This document shows positions 1 to 9,591 of a DNA stretch of 32,000 nt, in pieces (positions within the stretch are counted from its first letter, which is position 1; each line of letters opens with the position of its first letter). The DNA comes from Aliivibrio fischeri ES114. GTDB lineage: Bacteria; Pseudomonadota; Gammaproteobacteria; Enterobacterales; Vibrionaceae. A model generated the notes under the pieces. The model did not search any database. It was not told where the DNA came from and worked only from the letters and a program-made list of their open reading frames with translations. Position numbers and translations under genes: made by a program. The stretch is taken from NCBI RefSeq assembly GCF_000011805.1, contig NC_006841.2. One strand, given 5' to 3'.

Positions 1-1712
1 AAATCGGTCTAGCTGGTGGTGGTGTATCTTACAGTCACCACTACTCAAGTGTTGGTGTTCCATCAACAGGATTCTCTGGTCCTGGTGGTTTCCCACGTAA
101 CGTGGACCAAGGTCATGAGCCTAAATGGAATAACAATGACTACAACGGTTACAGCAGTACAATTCCTGTTGCTCGTTGGATCGACTGTCTATTAGAACCA
201 GGTAAAGAGATCCGTTACAACGGTTCTAAAGTTGTACTACCTGATTTCAAAATGATGGTTATCTCTGGTAACAACCCTTGGCATCACCACCAAGATCGTA
301 ACCGTATGAAGAAAGCGTTCCAAAAACTTCAAACTGTTGTGACAATTGATTTCACTTGGACTGCAACATGTCGTTTCTCAGACATCGTGCTACCAGCGTG
401 TACGCAATGGGAACGTAATGATATTGACCAATACGGTTCATACTCTGCACGTGGTCTAATTGCAATGCATAAACTGGTTGATCCTCTGTATCAATCAAAA
501 TCAGACTTCGAGATCATGACTGAGCTAACACGTCGTTTTGGCCGTCATAGCAGTACAATTCCTGTTGCTCGTTGGATCGACTGTCTATTAGAACCAGGTA
601 AAGAGATCCGTTACAACGGTTCTAAAGTTGTACTACCTGATTTCAAAATGATGGTTATCTCTGGTAACAACCCTTGGCATCACCACCAAGATCGTAACCG
701 TATGAAGAAAGCGTTCCAAAAACTTCAAACTGTTGTGACAATTGATTTCACTTGGACTGCAACATGTCGTTTCTCAGACATCGTGCTACCAGCGTGTACG
801 CAATGGGAACGTAATGATATTGACCAATACGGTTCATACTCTGCACGTGGTCTAATTGCAATGCATAAACTGGTTGATCCTCTGTATCAATCAAAATCAG
901 ACTTCGAGATCATGACTGAGCTAACACGTCGTTTTGGCCGTCATAAAGAATACACTCGTGGTATGGATGAAATGGAGTGGATCCGTTCACTTTATGCAGA
1001 ATGTCGCACAGCGAACGAAGGCAAGTTTGAAATGCCTGAGTTTGATGAGTTCTGGGAAAAAGGTGTTCTAGACTTCGGTGAAGGTAAGCCATGGGTACGT
1101 CATGCTGCGTTCCGTGAAGATCCAGAAGTTAACGCATTAGGTACACCATCAGGCTTCATCGAAATTTCAAGTCGTAAGATTGAACGTTTCGGTTATGAGC
1201 ACTGTCAAGGTCACCCAATGTGGTTCGAAAAATCAGAACGTTCACATGGTGGTCCTGGTTCTAAGAAACACCCATTCTGGATGCAATCTTGTCACCCTGA
1301 CAAGCGTCTGCACTCACAAATGTGTGATTCAGAAGAGTTCCGTGCAACTTACACAGTTCAAGGTCGTGAGCCGGTATACTTAAACCCACAAGATGCTAAA
1401 GAAAAAGGCATCAAAGATGGTGATTTAGTACGCGTATTTAATGATCGTGGTCAACTACTAGCTGGTGCAGTTCTAACTGATAGCTACCCACGTGGTGTTA
1501 TCCGTATTGAAGAAGGTGCATGGTACGGTCCATTGAACGAAAAAGTAGGTGCTATTTGTACTTACGGTGATCCAAACACATTAACGCAAGATATCCCATC
1601 ATCTGAGCTAGCTCAGGCGACATCTGCAAACACATGTTTGGTTGATTATGAGAAGTTCACAGGTAAAGTTCCACCAGTAACGTCATTCGGTGGTCCAATT
1701 ATTATTGAATAA
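1..1712 (+). CDS. torA: Trimethylamine-N-oxide reductase TorA (bis-MGD molybdoenzyme), 5'-truncated by the window edge; carries an internal in-frame 132-aa tandem duplication
   Basis: The frame-3 ORF is open from base 3 ([16 protein letters not shown]...), so the listed Met at 102 is internal. It is colinear with E. coli TorA as I recall it ([57 protein letters not shown], and a C-terminal molybdopterin-binding domain ending LAQATSA). Stop at 1710-1712. Confidence 0.85.
   Translation, partial: IGLAGGGVSYSHHYSSVGVPSTGFSGPGGFPRNVDQGHEPKWNNNDYNGYSSTIPVARWIDCLLEPGKEIRYNGSKVVLPDFKMMVISGNNPWHHHQDRNRMKKAFQKLQTVVTIDFTWTATCRFSDIVLPACTQWERNDIDQYGSYSARGLIAMHKLVDPLYQSKSDFEIMTELTRRFGRHSSTIPVARWIDCLLEPGKEIRYNGSKVVLPDFKMMVISGNNPWHHHQDRNRMKKAFQKLQTVVTIDFTWTATCRFSDIVLPACTQWERNDIDQYGSYSARGLIAMHKLVDPLYQSKSDFEIMTELTRRFGRHKEYTRGMDEMEWIRSLYAECRTANEGKFEMPEFDEFWEKGVLDFGEGKPWVRHAAFREDPEVNALGTPSGFIEISSRKIERFGYEHCQGHPMWFEKSERSHGGPGSKKHPFWMQSCHPDKRLHSQMCDSEEFRATYTVQGREPVYLNPQDAKEKGIKDGDLVRVFNDRGQLLAGAVLTDSYPRGVIRIEEGAWYGPLNEKVGAICTYGDPNTLTQDIPSSELAQATSANTCLVDYEKFTGKVPPVTSFGGPIIIE
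153..944 (+). repeat. Perfect tandem direct duplication, 2 x 396 bp (153-548 and 549-944), in frame within torA
   Basis: I compared the two copies base by base and found them identical. The translation shows [14 protein letters not shown]...[11 protein letters not shown] twice in succession. Only 1 nt of junction ambiguity (a at 153/549/945). No flanking direct repeats of 2 nt or more. Confidence 0.95.
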
Positions 1713-1733
1713 TCATAATAATAAATAATATTA

Positions 1734-1762
1734 AAAAGCACCTAATTTAGGTGCTTTTTTTA
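1734..1762 (+). terminator. Rho-independent terminator of torA
   Basis: aaaaagcaccta-att-taggtgcttttttt: GC-containing stem with a 3-nt loop followed by a T-run, 22 nt after the torA stop. Confidence 0.8.
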
Positions 1763-1886
1763 TATATATAATTCATGATTTATAATATATATATCCAAGT
1801 TAAATTGATAACTAAATAACATATTCACAGAACTTATCTAATGCCGTTTTTTTTCTAAACTCGTGTTATTTCTCTATGAGAAATCA

Positions 1887-1914
1887 TAAACTTGTATTAT
1901 TCTCTCGCCGAAAT
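1887..1914 (+). promoter_or_regulatory. Candidate sigma-28 (FliA) promoter for the downstream chemoreceptor
   Basis: TAAA (1887-1890), 16-nt spacer, GCCGAAAT (1907-1914), compared with the consensus TAAA-N15-GCCGATAA. Located 36 nt upstream of ATG 1950. Chemoreceptor genes are commonly FliA-dependent. Confidence 0.35.
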
Positions 1915-1931
1915 TTCACATTGCGTGAAAT
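1913..1931. promoter_or_regulatory. Inverted repeat ATTTCAC-N5-GTGAAAT overlapping the predicted -10/start region of the chemoreceptor gene
   Basis: Perfect 7-bp arms read directly from the sequence. Function (operator or 5' hairpin) is unknown. Confidence 0.25.
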
Positions 1932-1949
1932 GTGCAGGATATAGCAAGA

Positions 1950-3935
1950 ATGTCACACAAATTATTAACTAATCTAAAAACAAAATATCAAATATTAGTC
2001 CCTGTATTAGCAACCATTATAGTAATGGTGGTAGCGATTTATCTGGTTAACTCTAAATTAGAGTCAACAAACAGAAATGTTCAGATTTCTGATCATCGTA
2101 GCCTTCAATTGAGCAATGTTTCAATTGCAGAATCACGTCTTCTTTTCTTACGATTAAGCGTATCTTCAGGCTTCACTAATTATGAAGTATTAAAATCAAT
2201 TGATTTTGATGGAATTACCGCTGAACTTAGTGCCAATTTTAAAAGTATGGTAGAAGAACAGCGTAAGCTACAAGAAATGAAAGCTGCGGTTAAAACACCT
2301 GAACAACTTCAAACTGAAGTCAACGTATTGATTTCTCAGCTTAACAGTTATAAAAAATATGCTGAAAACATTTCTAAATCTAATGATGCAAAAATAGAGG
2401 AATGGGGCAATTCACTGTATTTAACAACGCCTATTCAACAAGCAAGTGAATTAATATTTACAGCCTCTCAAAGTGAAGAATCAAAGCAGTATTGGAGTAA
2501 GGTAGTTCCTGAGGTTTACAATAAAGCTGGAAGCATCGAAATTCAAATGACGTCTTTATTTAATGATGATTTATATACATCAGTAAGTAAAACGCCAAGA
2601 ATTGACATTGTTAAACGAGATTTTGACGCATTAGCTAAATTAATTGCACCGCTAGAAAATAAAAAAGCAAAAGAGATTCTGGTTTCAGCATTTAAGGTTC
2701 AATCAGAATTAAATATGTCTTTATGGAATGCAACGGCTGATATTAATAAAAATAAGAAAGCATTGACCGAACTTGGTAATCTTATTTACCAAGAATTAAA
2801 TGATGAGAAAAATCGTTTAACTGAAATGAATGGAAAAATTTCAGATCATAATATGCAATTAATAGCAGAAAGTCAGAATCTATTATTAATGGCAATTACG
2901 ATTACAGTTATTATTTCTTTGATTATCGGAATATTTATTGCTCAAATAGTGACAAGACCGATTTTAATTCTACAAAAACAAATGTCTGATATATCAGAAG
3001 GTCGCTTAGATTCATTAAATGAACAATCAAGCGATAATGAGATTGGTGAGTTATGTAAAAATACAGATGGCACTGTCATTCGTTTGCAAGAAATGATTAG
3101 TAACTTACGAAATGTCGGAGAGGAAGTTTCTTCTTCATCAACAGAACTTGCAGCAATTATGGTGCAAAGTGAAGCTAATGCCTCTGATCAAAAATCGCAG
3201 GTTGATCTGATCGCAACAGCAATTACGCAATTGGCAGCATCAGCAAATCAAGTTGATGAGTCAGCTAACCAAGCTGATGCAAAAGCAAAAGAAGTGCTGA
3301 ACATGAGCCGTGATGGTGCGCGTTCTGCTTCTGAAGGCGTAAAATTAAGTCAAGACTTAGCATCTCAAATGGATGCAACCTCTGGTGAGGTAATGATACT
3401 TAAAGATCAAACTGACCGTATTAGCGAAGTTATTACTGTTATTGATTCAATCTCTGAGCAAACGAACTTACTTGCGTTGAATGCGGCCATAGAGGCGGCA
3501 CGAGCAGGAGAAAGTGGTCGTGGATTCGCGGTTGTTGCCGATGAAGTTCGTGTATTAGCGGCGAAGACACAGCAATCAACGCAGAACATTCAAAACATCA
3601 TTAATGAGCTACAACAGAAATCATTGAATGTTGTTGAATCAGTAAATCAATCGATAGAGATGATTCATCAAACCGCTCAAATGAGCATTGATACAAACAA
3701 TCAATTGCTTAATATTTCAGAGTCAATTGAACTCATTTCTGTAACGAACTCTGAGATGGCAACAGCGGCGAATGAACAAAACCGTGCAATTGAATCTATT
3801 AGCGAAAATGTAAATATGATCACTGAAACAATCAGCCAAAATGTTGAAGGGATCAAAGAGTCAACTCAAGCGAGTCAACACTTGTCAGAGCTGTCCGAGA
3901 ACCAAAGAGAACAATTATTGTTCTTCAAATTATAA
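1950..3935 (+). CDS. Methyl-accepting chemotaxis protein (paralog 1) with a long, predicted helical periplasmic sensor region
   Basis: Two hydrophobic segments ([19 protein letters not shown] and [21 protein letters not shown]) bracket about 275 aa, followed by a HAMP-like linker. The conserved MCP tip [32 protein letters not shown] is present. I preferred ATG 1950 (MSHKLL) over the ORF-track GTG at 1932. Confidence 0.9.
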   Translation: MSHKLLTNLKTKYQILVPVLATIIVMVVAIYLVNSKLESTNRNVQISDHRSLQLSNVSIAESRLLFLRLSVSSGFTNYEVLKSIDFDGITAELSANFKSMVEEQRKLQEMKAAVKTPEQLQTEVNVLISQLNSYKKYAENISKSNDAKIEEWGNSLYLTTPIQQASELIFTASQSEESKQYWSKVVPEVYNKAGSIEIQMTSLFNDDLYTSVSKTPRIDIVKRDFDALAKLIAPLENKKAKEILVSAFKVQSELNMSLWNATADINKNKKALTELGNLIYQELNDEKNRLTEMNGKISDHNMQLIAESQNLLLMAITITVIISLIIGIFIAQIVTRPILILQKQMSDISEGRLDSLNEQSSDNEIGELCKNTDGTVIRLQEMISNLRNVGEEVSSSSTELAAIMVQSEANASDQKSQVDLIATAITQLAASANQVDESANQADAKAKEVLNMSRDGARSASEGVKLSQDLASQMDATSGEVMILKDQTDRISEVITVIDSISEQTNLLALNAAIEAARAGESGRGFAVVADEVRVLAAKTQQSTQNIQNIINELQQKSLNVVESVNQSIEMIHQTAQMSIDTNNQLLNISESIELISVTNSEMATAANEQNRAIESISENVNMITETISQNVEGIKESTQASQHLSELSENQREQLLFFKL

Positions 3936-3943
3936 CCAAAACA

Positions 3944-3969
3944 GAGCAGACAGCTATGGTTGTCTGCTC
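3944..3969 (+). terminator. Hairpin after chemoreceptor 1 (possible terminator)
   Basis: gagcagaca-N8-tgtctgctc, a perfect 9-bp stem 9 nt after the stop. The trailing T-run is poor (ctcatcttatt). Confidence 0.45.
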
Positions 3970-4003
3970 CTCATCTTATTGATTAACATTCTTTGGAATC
4001 ATT

Positions 4004-4120
4004 ATGAATAATATAAACAACGATTATATTACGACTGTTAGCAAAGAATCATTGCTGGCTTTAGGGCTTACAGACGAAGAAATCGAATATATATTAATTA
4101 TATTTGAGCTTGAACTGTAA
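4004..4120 (+). CDS. Small ORF a (38 aa), homologous to small ORF b at 8260-8406; unknown function
   Basis: Hand translation: MNNINNDYITTVSKESLLALGLTDEEIEYILIIFELEL. It aligns without gaps to ORF b over 22 aa (KE-----GLT-EE-[ED][YF][IL]--[IV]F). No convincing Shine-Dalgarno sequence. Confidence 0.35.
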   Translation: MNNINNDYITTVSKESLLALGLTDEEIEYILIIFELEL

Positions 4121-4331
4121 TAATTAGCGCTAAATTTGATGGGGTAAGACTACCTAAAAAAGTAAAATAACCACTCTCTATTGTTGATGTAATTCATATA
4201 ATTAATACTAATAAGCATCAAGACTTTCACTTTTATTTGTTCTTGTTGATTGTATTCTTAATAGTAGTATTCTATGCAGATTACAGAATTACCTGATTTT
4301 AGTTAATGCAGCAGTCAACACTAGGAAGTGA

Positions 4332-6071
4332 ATGATGAACCCACTATTTTTCTTATGTGGACAAGAAAGTATCCCGGTACAAACCGATTTAATCTATGAA
4401 TTCCAAAATGATCAAATATCGATGCATTTTTCAGGTATTCATAATCTTCCAATTAATGATCATTACCTTATTCTGCAATTTCCAACCCAATTAGAGCATG
4501 ACGCAAAAATTTTGGGGGATGGTTTTCAAATGCTTGCTCAGACAGGCGGAAAAGTTGACTCACCACAAGAGATCGGCCGCTGTCCTGATAATAGTCCTAG
4601 TTATCGAATTTATTCAGAGCACGCAAAAAAAAGATTTTATAATTATTTAGTGATTGAACAATCAGACGGATTTACTCTCTTTGGTTTTACTTCTTGTTAT
4701 CGATTTGCAGGTTATTTCGAGATACATGAATATCAAGGTTCAATGAATGTAATGGCATTTCTTGATGGTGAATTCACTCATCCACAAGATTGGGCTAGTA
4801 ATCGAATGGAGTCATTAACGGTTATTAAGGCTGAGTCTTTAGCTGAGTTATATGAGCTTTATGCAGCCAAAGTACAACAGCAGCACCCAATTCGACCAGG
4901 AGTAAAACAAGACGCTCCAATTGGTTGGTGCTCATGGTATGCCTACTATGCAGACGTTACAGAGAAAAACGTTTTAGATAATGTTGAGGTCATGTGCCAA
5001 AAAGACTCTGAATTTGAGTGGGTGCTTCTTGACGACGGATATCAAGCTTTCATGGGAGACTGGTTAACACCTTCAGATAAATTTCCTAATGGTATAAAAG
5101 CACTATTACAAGATATAAAAGCAAAAGGAAAGAAACCTGCTATTTGGATAGCTCCATTTATTGCACAACCTGAATCAGACATTTTTAAAAATCACCCAGA
5201 TTGGTTTGTTCATCACGAGAATGGTGAATTATTAAAAGCAGAAGATATTACTTATGGTGGCTGGCGTTGTACGCCTTGGTATATCCTTGATACTTCAAAA
5301 CAAGAAGTTCAAATACATTTAACAGAAGTTATCCACACCATGAGGGAAGAGTGGGGAGTAGAGCTGTTTAAACTGGATGCTAATTATTGGGGTACGCTTA
5401 AAGGTAAGCGAACACAATCAGGGATCACGGGTATTGAGGCTTATCGATTAGGTATGCAAGCTATTACAAACGGGGCTGGTGATGCGTTAATTCTTGGCTG
5501 TAATGCGCCAATGTGGCCATCATTGGGTCTAGTTGATGCAATGCGAGTATCTGATGATGTCGAACGTAATCCTCAACGTTTTGAACAGATAGCAAAAGAG
5601 ACATTTTACCGTAGCTGGCAGCACCGTAAATTATGGCAAATTGATCCTGATTGCGTCACGTTGATCTCACTGTCTAACCAAGGTACGGAACGAAAATATT
5701 ATGAATTTCATCGAAATGTGATTTTAGCTTCTGGTGGGCTTGCATTGTCTGGTGATCCGTTACCAGATTTGAATAAATTCGCAAAGAAAACATGGAAGAA
5801 TATTTTGTCTCGTCTTCGTTTAACTCAAGAGGCGGCTCAGTTTACTTCATTGAGTAATAGGCATTGCACATTAACACTCAATCATCAGCATGAACTACAT
5901 TGTTTATTTAACTATGACGATGAAGCAATGGAGCACACCCTTGTTGCTGATCAGCCATCTATTTGGCGAGATTTCTGGACGGGGGAGCAGTTAAATGAAG
6001 AACCAACACAGATGTTAATTTTAACTTTAGATAGTGGATTGAACAGTAAAGCTATCTTAGTTTCAAATTAA
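4332..6071 (+). CDS. Cytoplasmic glycoside hydrolase, clan GH-D / GH36-like (putative alpha-galactosidase, Sip1/raffinose-synthase-like subgroup)
   Basis: 579-aa ORF with no signal peptide. Motifs GWCSWYAYY, VLLDDGYQ, KFPNGIK, AIWIAPF, HPDWF, FKLDANY and MRVSDDV resemble the GH36/GH27 catalytic barrel. AGGAAG lies upstream of tandem ATGs at 4332 and 4335. Confidence 0.6.
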   Translation: MMNPLFFLCGQESIPVQTDLIYEFQNDQISMHFSGIHNLPINDHYLILQFPTQLEHDAKILGDGFQMLAQTGGKVDSPQEIGRCPDNSPSYRIYSEHAKKRFYNYLVIEQSDGFTLFGFTSCYRFAGYFEIHEYQGSMNVMAFLDGEFTHPQDWASNRMESLTVIKAESLAELYELYAAKVQQQHPIRPGVKQDAPIGWCSWYAYYADVTEKNVLDNVEVMCQKDSEFEWVLLDDGYQAFMGDWLTPSDKFPNGIKALLQDIKAKGKKPAIWIAPFIAQPESDIFKNHPDWFVHHENGELLKAEDITYGGWRCTPWYILDTSKQEVQIHLTEVIHTMREEWGVELFKLDANYWGTLKGKRTQSGITGIEAYRLGMQAITNGAGDALILGCNAPMWPSLGLVDAMRVSDDVERNPQRFEQIAKETFYRSWQHRKLWQIDPDCVTLISLSNQGTERKYYEFHRNVILASGGLALSGDPLPDLNKFAKKTWKNILSRLRLTQEAAQFTSLSNRHCTLTLNHQHELHCLFNYDDEAMEHTLVADQPSIWRDFWTGEQLNEEPTQMLILTLDSGLNSKAILVSN

Positions 6072-6094
6072 AATCTCAGTTAAAAATCAGAAAT

Positions 6095-6136
6095 AAGGCA
6101 GGTGTAATGTTTAAATTTACACTTGTCTTTTTTTAT
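6095..6136 (+). terminator. Rho-independent terminator of the glycosidase gene
   Basis: aaggcaggtgtaa-N9-ttacacttgtctt (13-bp stem including two G-U pairs) followed by a T-run. Confidence 0.75.
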
Positions 6137-6290
6137 GCCTAAAAACTTCTAAAATATACAAGAATAACTAGATTTAACTATTTGATTTAAAATAACTAAC
6201 TACTTTTTTCTTCGTTTTTGTTCATTTGAAGACGACTATTGGTATCCATATAATCCGACTCCCATTTTAAATCATAAATAGAGTTATTAT

Positions 6291-8270
6291 ATGAATGCTA
6301 TCAATCGTTTCTTACTGAATATCCCTCTACGATATCAAATACTCTTTCCCCCGCTTTTCGCTATTATGGTTATGATTATCTCTATGTTGATCATTTCATC
6401 TGCGATGAATCAATCGGTTAAGAACTCGGAAGTATTAAATGTTCGCTTGCAAGAAATGACGCATTTATCTAGCAGTGAAACAAAAATTTTGCAGATATTT
6501 AGTGAAATTAATCGTTCTCTATCAAATCCAGAAGCCTTAGAGAATGTGGATGATTATGTTTTTGAACAAATTGAATTGATTAATTATGATTTCAATTATA
6601 TTGAAGAAGAGCACAACAAGATAAAAGGTCAAAAGCATACAACACAGCAATTGATCATAGATTTAAACAAAGTTTCTGTTTTATTAGAAAACATGAAAGA
6701 CATTATTGAATCGAATCAAACCATTTCAAAAAAGATGCAAACGGAATGGGCTAAGTTACCTTATTTAAGTGACTCGATAGAGCTTTTAAGTAAAGAAGTT
6801 CAGGATAATGAGGAACACCATTGGATCGAAATGGAAGAGGCACTGTACTCTTCATCTGAGATATTACAAATAAAGTTAAATTCGCTATATAACTTTAATA
6901 TAGATAAGGAAGATTTTGAGATTATTGATGCTGAATTTATAAAAATAAACCAAGTAATTGATGATATTCATGAAAGTGATGCAAAAAGAAAAATACAACT
7001 AAATATTAGTAATTTACAATCAATTTATCATCAATTTTCTGAGTTAATTACTAATCTAAATAACAATAAATCGGATCTATTCAAAATTGAAAATAGCATT
7101 AATTACTTGATAAAAAATCAAAGTTCAAGAATTAATGAAATTAGTAGTACTTTATCAAAAGATAGTATTGAGCTTGTTTTTTCTAGCAAGCAAATGATTA
7201 TTATTTCTATGATTTGCTTTACGTTATTAACCATGCTGATCACATGGATTACGATTCGAACGATTGTGATGCCTATAAGGATTTTGAAGGATCAGATAGA
7301 GTTTCTTTCCGAAGGAAAACTGAATGAGTTGAATAACTTAATTGGCAGTAATGAAGTCGCCGAACTTTGTCAAAATACAGATAAAACGGCACATCATTTA
7401 CATCAGATAGTGAATGCTCTACGTGATATCGCCTCAGAGGTGTCTACGTCCTCATTAAGTCTTAATGTGTTAATGAATACGAATGAAAAAAATATATTAG
7501 AAGAGAAATCTCAGATTGAATTAATCGCAGCGGCTGTTACTGAATTATCGGCAGCAGCAACTCAAGTTGATCACGTTGCTATGAATGCAGATGAAAGAGC
7601 AAAAGAGGCATTGAACTTGAGCCGTTCTGGATCAGACACGGCTTCAGTAAGTAGTCAGTTAAGCCAAGAGCTGGTGAAACAAATGGGATTAACGGCTAAA
7701 GAAGTTGAGTCATTAAAGGTTCAATCAGAGCAAATTAGTGAGGTTATTACGGTCATAGACTCAATATCAGACCAAACTAATTTATTAGCATTAAATGCAG
7801 CGATCGAAGCGGCAAGAGCAGGTGAGAGTGGGCGAGGCTTTGCTGTTGTAGCTGATGAAGTTAGGATGCTTGCTGCAAAAACGCAACAATCAACATTAAC
7901 CATTCAAGAGGTCATCGATCGTTTGCAGAGTACATCTAATGATGTGGTTGAATCTGTTTCGAAATCAATCAAGATAATTAATGAAACTCAAGAAATGACA
8001 GAGAAAACAAACTCACAATTACTTGATATATCGAAAGAAATAGAAGAAATAACTTGTTCAAATACAGAAGTTGCGACCGCTGCAAATGAGCAAAATCAGG
8101 CCATTTTATCTATAAGTGAAAGCATTAATTTAATGACGGAGAATATTAATAAAAATATTGATGAAATGAATAAAATCAGCTCTAACGCCGATAAATTATC
8201 CGAGCTATCGACATCACAAGTAGAGCAACTTAAATTCTTCACTTTAATAGATAAAGATCATGAAAAGTAA
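6291..8270 (+). CDS. Methyl-accepting chemotaxis protein (paralog 2), same architecture as paralog 1
   Basis: 659 aa with an N-terminal TM ([22 protein letters not shown]), a second TM ([20 protein letters not shown]), a HAMP-like linker and the tip [32 protein letters not shown]. It is colinear with paralog 1 from the N-terminus (RYQILFP vs KYQILVP) to the C-terminus (EQLKFF vs EQLLFF). Confidence 0.9.
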   Translation: MNAINRFLLNIPLRYQILFPPLFAIMVMIISMLIISSAMNQSVKNSEVLNVRLQEMTHLSSSETKILQIFSEINRSLSNPEALENVDDYVFEQIELINYDFNYIEEEHNKIKGQKHTTQQLIIDLNKVSVLLENMKDIIESNQTISKKMQTEWAKLPYLSDSIELLSKEVQDNEEHHWIEMEEALYSSSEILQIKLNSLYNFNIDKEDFEIIDAEFIKINQVIDDIHESDAKRKIQLNISNLQSIYHQFSELITNLNNNKSDLFKIENSINYLIKNQSSRINEISSTLSKDSIELVFSSKQMIIISMICFTLLTMLITWITIRTIVMPIRILKDQIEFLSEGKLNELNNLIGSNEVAELCQNTDKTAHHLHQIVNALRDIASEVSTSSLSLNVLMNTNEKNILEEKSQIELIAAAVTELSAAATQVDHVAMNADERAKEALNLSRSGSDTASVSSQLSQELVKQMGLTAKEVESLKVQSEQISEVITVIDSISDQTNLLALNAAIEAARAGESGRGFAVVADEVRMLAAKTQQSTLTIQEVIDRLQSTSNDVVESVSKSIKIINETQEMTEKTNSQLLDISKEIEEITCSNTEVATAANEQNQAILSISESINLMTENINKNIDEMNKISSNADKLSELSTSQVEQLKFFTLIDKDHEK

Positions 8271-8406
8271 TACAAAAAAAACAGGCTATCCTCAGAAAGA
8301 AGCGTCTATTTCTAATGGTTTAACTGCGGAAGAGAGGGATTTCCTTTATAAAGTGTTTTGTTTTCCATTTAATCAAACGTTAAAAAAAGAAGATACAGAG
8401 AAGTAA
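8260..8406 (+). CDS. Small ORF b (48 aa), homologous to small ORF a; its start overlaps the stop of chemoreceptor 2 by 11 nt
   Basis: Hand translation: [48 protein letters not shown]. It shares the KE..GLT.EE core with ORF a. No clear Shine-Dalgarno sequence. Confidence 0.35.
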   Translation: MKSNTKKTGYPQKEASISNGLTAEERDFLYKVFCFPFNQTLKKEDTEK

Positions 8407-8418
8407 ATAAACTAAATG

Positions 8419-8446
8419 CCATAGCAGCAAAGGTATGCTGCTATGG
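8419..8446. terminator. Bidirectional hairpin between the convergent chemoreceptor/small-ORF unit and the ToxR-like gene
   Basis: ccatagcagca-N6-tgctgctatgg, a perfect 11-bp stem. The flanks are A/T-rich but there is no long T-run. Confidence 0.6.
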
Positions 8447-8454
8447 TATGCATT

Positions 8455-9582
8455 TTAATAAAACTCTTTAACAATAAATGAAATATCTTGTTGTTCACTA
8501 TAAGTAAGGCTGAAGCCTTTATCTATAATATAAAAGTGCAGGTAGTTATACTTATTGTCGTTTTTGAATGTTTTGGGGAACATTTTTAGTTTCGTTTGAT
8601 CTTCAATGTGCCCATGCTGAATTAAGCTACTTTGTTCATCTTCATTAATAACATTTGATATTAAGGTATCTTTATCAAATTGAGCTTTAAAATCACTAAA
8701 ATAAGTATACTTCCCGTTATATCCAGTTTCTGAGATGTTAATTGACATATCTAAGTCATAGCTTTTATCTTCTTGAAGATTAAAGTAGAAATTATACGTC
8801 GCAAATGCAATGTAATCTTTATCATCATTTGATGTAAATTGAACATTAGTATGAAGATTAAAATTACCATCCTGATCGCTGTCTTTTTGAATGATAGGAT
8901 TATTATCTTGTTCTAAATCACTAGTAAGATTTTGATTTATTAGTGTCTCAACATTATCTTCATTTGTTTCAAGGAAAATAATTTTATTCGTAACATCATT
9001 ACATTTATGTTCGATAAATAAACACTGAGATAAAGACAGCTTATCTTCGCCAAGATGCAAAAAGTATAAGTAATTAGGTTGAATATTTAATTTTGTTATA
9101 TCAATAGGTTTAGAGGTGGATAACATATATATGTTATCTGATACTTTATTAAGGTTTTGAGTTATTGAGTTAGGTGCAACTTGCTTGAAAATAGGGAAGA
9201 TGAGAAAAAGAGAAACAAGAATAAGCACAGAAAAGAAGAGAAAATAGAACTTTTTAATTGGTTTTGCGAGTAGGCGATCTCCTGATTTATAACCTTTATT
9301 TTTTATTGTATCGATAATAGATATGTTATGAGTTAAGAATTTTTTCCTTAACAAGGATATTGTCTGGGTTACGACACTATTTGCAACGGAACCATCCTCC
9401 CAACATTGTGTATATATTTCATCTTTTGTATAAATTCGATTAGGATGGCTATAAAGAAGAAACAATAAATTAGCCTCGTTAAGGCTTATTTTTATCTCTT
9501 CTTTAGTGCTATTGATTACAACAGTTAAACTGCTGTAATCAATCGTGAGATTTTGGGTTTTAACTATCTCTTTTTTATTCAT
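8455..9582 (-). CDS. ToxR/CadC-like membrane-anchored transcriptional regulator (N-terminal OmpR-type winged helix, one TM, about 240-aa periplasmic domain of unknown type)
   Basis: The N-terminus fits the Trans_reg_C pattern (LNEANLLFLLYSHPNRIYTKDEIYTQCW...VVTQTISLLRKKF...IDTIKNKGY). TM segment FYFLFFSVLILVSLFLIFPIF. The periplasmic part is N/D-rich with a C-x6-C pair (SQCLFIEHKCND). AGGA lies 5 nt upstream of the ATG, directly after the sapF stop. Confidence 0.75.
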   Translation of the reverse strand: MNKKEIVKTQNLTIDYSSLTVVINSTKEEIKISLNEANLLFLLYSHPNRIYTKDEIYTQCWEDGSVANSVVTQTISLLRKKFLTHNISIIDTIKNKGYKSGDRLLAKPIKKFYFLFFSVLILVSLFLIFPIFKQVAPNSITQNLNKVSDNIYMLSTSKPIDITKLNIQPNYLYFLHLGEDKLSLSQCLFIEHKCNDVTNKIIFLETNEDNVETLINQNLTSDLEQDNNPIIQKDSDQDGNFNLHTNVQFTSNDDKDYIAFATYNFYFNLQEDKSYDLDMSINISETGYNGKYTYFSDFKAQFDKDTLISNVINEDEQSSLIQHGHIEDQTKLKMFPKTFKNDNKYNYLHFYIIDKGFSLTYSEQQDISFIVKEFY

Positions 9583-9591
9583 TAGTATCCT

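Noticed and set aside
910-1383. Short ORFs 910-1092 (-) and 1180-1383 (+) inside torA
   Set aside because: They are out of frame or antisense within a well-supported torA reading frame, with no family resemblance.
1761-1795. (TA)n runs flanking TCATGA downstream of the torA terminator
   Set aside because: These are short simple-sequence AT tracts typical of promoter and intergenic DNA in a low-GC genome. The apparent palindrome is imperfect.
3407-3589. 60-aa minus-strand ORF (and its twin at 7721-7903) antisense to both chemoreceptor genes
   Set aside because: Both lie exactly opposite the conserved chemoreceptor tip region. Their similarity to each other is a mirror of the conserved sense-strand sequence, and they have no independent start or RBS signals.
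4181-4257. Direct repeat TTGTTGAT(GTAATTC/TGTATTC) twice upstream of the glycosidase gene, and the shared 10-mer AAATCATAAA upstream of both chemoreceptors (1881-1890, 6269-6278)
   Set aside because: An exact 8-10-mer match within AT-rich intergenic DNA is close to chance expectation. The 10-mers also sit at non-equivalent distances from the start codons.
1950-8270. Possibility that the two chemoreceptors are a recent segmental duplication like the torA repeat
   Set aside because: Even in the most conserved protein segment the DNA differs at most synonymous positions (for example 3461-3560 against 7771-7880), and the sensor domains are strongly diverged. These are old paralogs.
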